From NCBI GenBank assembly GCA_963555995.3, contig OY821641.1:3616001-3680000 (forward strand): 64,000 bases of DNA, in the 5' to 3' direction. This document shows positions 61,334 to 64,000 of the stretch, one piece after another. Origin of the DNA: Vicinamibacteria bacterium (GTDB lineage: Bacteria; Acidobacteriota; Vicinamibacteria; Marinacidobacterales; Marinacidobacteraceae). Each line of letters opens with the position of its first letter. Position 1 is the stretch's first letter. Made by a program: the position numbers and the translations under genes. A model generated the notes under the pieces. It had not been told where the DNA came from, searched no databases, and worked only from the letters and a program-made list of their open reading frames with translations.

Positions 61334-61870
61334 GTGCCGTCGCCGTTCCACTCCACGACTGTTCTGGCGGTCCGCCGCAGCGGGGCTACGACGCTGGCCG
61401 CCGACGGGCAGGTCACCCTCGGGGACATCGTCGTGAAGCACGGTGCGCGCAAGCTGCGCCGCATGAGCGAGGGAGCGGTCCTCGCCGGTTTCGCCGGGGC
61501 CACCGCGGACGCCCAGGCGCTGTTCGCGAAGTTCGAGACGAAGCTCGAAGCCCACCGGGGGAACCTGGAACGCGCGTGCGTGGAGCTCGCCCAGGACTGG
61601 CGGACGGACCGGGTGCTCCGCCATCTGGACGCCCTGCTGCTCGTCGCGGACAAGGACCACGTCTTCCTCCTCTCGGGCGACGGGGACCTCATGCAGCCCG
61701 ACGACGGCATCATGGCGATCGGTGCGGGTGCGCCGTTCGCGATGGCGGCGGCGCGCGCCCTCGCGTCGCGCACCGAACTCACCGCCCGGGAGATCGCCGA
61801 AGAGGCGATGAGCGTCACCGCCGGCATCTGCATCTACACGAACGGTCAGGTGATCTACGAAGAGGTGTGA
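61334..61870 (+). CDS. hslV: ATP-dependent protease subunit HslV (start uncertain)
   Basis: HSTTVLAVRR, DGQVTLG, LAGFAGATADA, DWRTDRVLR, ICIYTN. Confidence 0.92.
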   Translation: MPSPFHSTTVLAVRRSGATTLAADGQVTLGDIVVKHGARKLRRMSEGAVLAGFAGATADAQALFAKFETKLEAHRGNLERACVELAQDWRTDRVLRHLDALLLVADKDHVFLLSGDGDLMQPDDGIMAIGAGAPFAMAAARALASRTELTAREIAEEAMSVTAGICIYTNGQVIYEEV

Positions 61871-61894
61871 CTTCTGGTCGAATATCTCCCCGCG

Positions 61895-63313
61895 GTGGGC
61901 AAGGGACCTGCCGCTGAAATCGCCGATCCCACGCCGCGCGAGATCGTCGAGGACCTCGACCGCTTCGTGATCGGTCAGACCGCGGCGAAGCGCGCGGTCG
62001 CCGTCGCCCTTCGCAACCGGGCGCGCCGTCTTCACATCGAGCCCGAGATGGCCGACGAGATCGAGCCCAAGAACATCATCATGATCGGATCCACGGGAGT
62101 GGGGAAGACGGAGATCGCGCGGCGGCTGGCCCGGCTCTCCCGCTCCCCGTTCGTGAAGGTGGAGGCGTCGAAGTTCACGGAAGTGGGCTACGTCGGGCGC
62201 GACGTGGAGTCCATGGTTCGCGACCTGGTGGAGGTCTCCGTCGAGATCCTCCGCGAGGAGCTGCTCGATGACGTCCGGGACCAGGTGGAGCGGAACGCGG
62301 AAGAGCGGCTGCTCGACGTGCTGCTGCCGCCGGCGCCCGCCGACCCGGTCCCCGGCGAGGACCCTTCGCTCGAGGACCTCGACGAGGAACTGCGCGACGG
62401 CATCCCCAGCCCGCTGGCGGAGGACGTGCAGCGCGCCCGCCGCAGCCGCGAGAAGCTGCGCAAGCGGCTGCGGCGCGGGGAACTGGCGGACCGGTCGGTC
62501 GAGGTGGAAGTGCGGGAGCCGCCGGCGCCGTTCCTCGAGGCCCTGTCCGGCCCCGGCGAGGACCTCGACGTCAATACCTCCGAGATGCTGCGGGGCGTCT
62601 TCGGGCCGCGCTACCGCAAGACCGAGATGGTGGTTCCGCAGGCGCTCGACTACTTCGCCCACGAGGAGGAGGAACGCCTCGTGGACCGCCGCCAGTTGTC
62701 ACGGCTGGCGCTCGAGCGCGCCGAAGAGCACGGGATCATCTTCATTGACGAACTGGACAAGGTCGCGAGTCCCCACGACTCCCCCGGACCCGACGTCTCC
62801 CGCGAAGGCGTGCAGCGGGACCTGTTGCCCCTCCTCGACGGTTCGACGGTCTCCACGCGCTACGGATCGCTCCGGACGGACCACATCCTCTATATTGGCG
62901 CCGGAGCGTTTCAGGAGAACCGGCCATCGGACCTCATCCCGGAACTCCAGGGCCGATTCCCGATCCGGGTGGAACTGGACCCGCTGACCGTCGAGGACTT
63001 TCGGCGGATCCTGACCGAGCCGGAATCGGCGCTCCTCAAGCAGTACCAGGCGCTGCTCGCCACCGAGGGCGTCACGATCTCGTTCCAGGAGGATGGAATC
63101 GGGGAGATTGCCGATGTCGCGGCTCAGGTCAACGAGCGCGCGGAGGACATCGGAGCGCGAAGGCTCCATACGATTCTGGAAAAGGTCCTTGAGGAACTTC
63201 TCTTCGATGCCCCGGATCTCGAAGACAAGAACTGGACGATCGACCGGGACTACGTCAAGCGCATGCTGGAGGGAATCGTCGAGGACGAGGACCTCTCCCG
63301 GTTCATTCTCTGA
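61895..63313 (+). CDS. hslU: ATP-dependent protease ATPase subunit HslU
   Basis: GSTGVGKTEIARRLA, KFTEVGYVGRDVES, IFIDELDK, PELQGRFPIRV, DLSRFIL. Confidence 0.95.
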   Translation: MGKGPAAEIADPTPREIVEDLDRFVIGQTAAKRAVAVALRNRARRLHIEPEMADEIEPKNIIMIGSTGVGKTEIARRLARLSRSPFVKVEASKFTEVGYVGRDVESMVRDLVEVSVEILREELLDDVRDQVERNAEERLLDVLLPPAPADPVPGEDPSLEDLDEELRDGIPSPLAEDVQRARRSREKLRKRLRRGELADRSVEVEVREPPAPFLEALSGPGEDLDVNTSEMLRGVFGPRYRKTEMVVPQALDYFAHEEEERLVDRRQLSRLALERAEEHGIIFIDELDKVASPHDSPGPDVSREGVQRDLLPLLDGSTVSTRYGSLRTDHILYIGAGAFQENRPSDLIPELQGRFPIRVELDPLTVEDFRRILTEPESALLKQYQALLATEGVTISFQEDGIGEIADVAAQVNERAEDIGARRLHTILEKVLEELLFDAPDLEDKNWTIDRDYVKRMLEGIVEDEDLSRFIL

Positions 63314-63347
63314 CGACGCGCCGACTCCCGCCGACTGCCGGGGCCCG

Positions 63348-64000
63348 ATGAGGACGCTGGCCGCTCTGGCTCTCGTCCTGATCGCCGGGGCCGGGGGGTG
63401 CGGCCGCCGGGGTCCCCCGCTCGCGCCGCTGCAGGTGGACCCGGAACCGCCTCGGGTCCTGCCGCTGCGGCAGGAGGACGGGGCGGTCGTGGTGCGCTGG
63501 TACGCGCCCCGGCTCGACTCGGGGGGGGACCCGGCGGACCTGCGGCTGCGCCGGGCGATCGTGTCCTACCGGGTGCTTGACCTCCACGCCCTCGCCGCCG
63601 AGGAGCGCGCTGCCCAGCGCCGGCCGCCGGAGGAAACGGACGAAGAGGAACCCGAGGCGGCCCCTTCCGGCGACGAGGACGCCGCCGGAGTCCCCGAACC
63701 GGAGAGCCCCGCGACGGAGGACCAGCCGTCCGAGGGTGCGCCGCCCGGCGAGGCGCCCGTCCCCGAGGAGCCCGCCGTGCCGACGCAGGAACAGTCCCCT
63801 GCCGGCGGGGTCCCCCCTGAGGAAGAAGCGGAAACGGAACCGGAGCCGATACCGGAAGGGGAGCCCGAGCCGGAGGGGGAACCGGAGCCGGAGCCCGGCG
63901 CCACCCGGGCAGCGCCGGGCGCCGGAGAACCAGCCTTGGAGGAGGCAGGTGGTGAGACTCCGGAGCAGGCCCCGGAGCCGGAGGCCGAGCCCGAACCCGC
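63348..64000 (+). CDS. Lipoprotein with Pro/Glu-rich region (runs off window end)
   Basis: Manual translation MRTLAALALVLIAGAGGCGRRGPPLAPLQVDPEPP...; lipobox plus CGxxGPP; EPEPE repeats. Confidence 0.7.
   Translation, partial: MRTLAALALVLIAGAGGCGRRGPPLAPLQVDPEPPRVLPLRQEDGAVVVRWYAPRLDSGGDPADLRLRRAIVSYRVLDLHALAAEERAAQRRPPEETDEEEPEAAPSGDEDAAGVPEPESPATEDQPSEGAPPGEAPVPEEPAVPTQEQSPAGGVPPEEEAETEPEPIPEGEPEPEGEPEPEPGATRAAPGAGEPALEEAGGETPEQAPEPEAEPEP

Overview
This is a 64 kb, very GC-rich bacterial chromosomal window, probably from Acidobacteriota. That assignment is inferred from the Oar-type TonB receptor, the VPS10/BNR protein, CarD and the tmRNA tag ANTDLALAA. Housekeeping content includes ssrA, two tRNAs, amtB-glnK-glnA, pckA-gpmA, plsC, carD, hslVU and an Slt-type transglycosylase operon. 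A metal-uptake cluster contains two ZnuD-like TonB receptors, a CxxC/RAPP leader peptide, a cupin and a multicopper oxidase. Several toxin-antitoxin-like modules are present: HipA-HIRAN, RHH plus PIN-DUF4268, an orphan ParD, and a small protein plus retropepsin. An integrase-less, defence-type accessory region follows ssrA, with an OLD-like ATPase-TOPRIM, a fused restriction-modification enzyme and an HTH-fused adenine methyltransferase. The most unusual signal is a non-coding array of about 15 x 32 bp, every unit carrying GAATC, directly after the HTH-methyltransferase. Intergenic space is heavily colonised by a REP-like hairpin family, an IS-derived MITE family and a second covarying structured element. 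All family assignments come from motif recognition by eye; no database searches were run.
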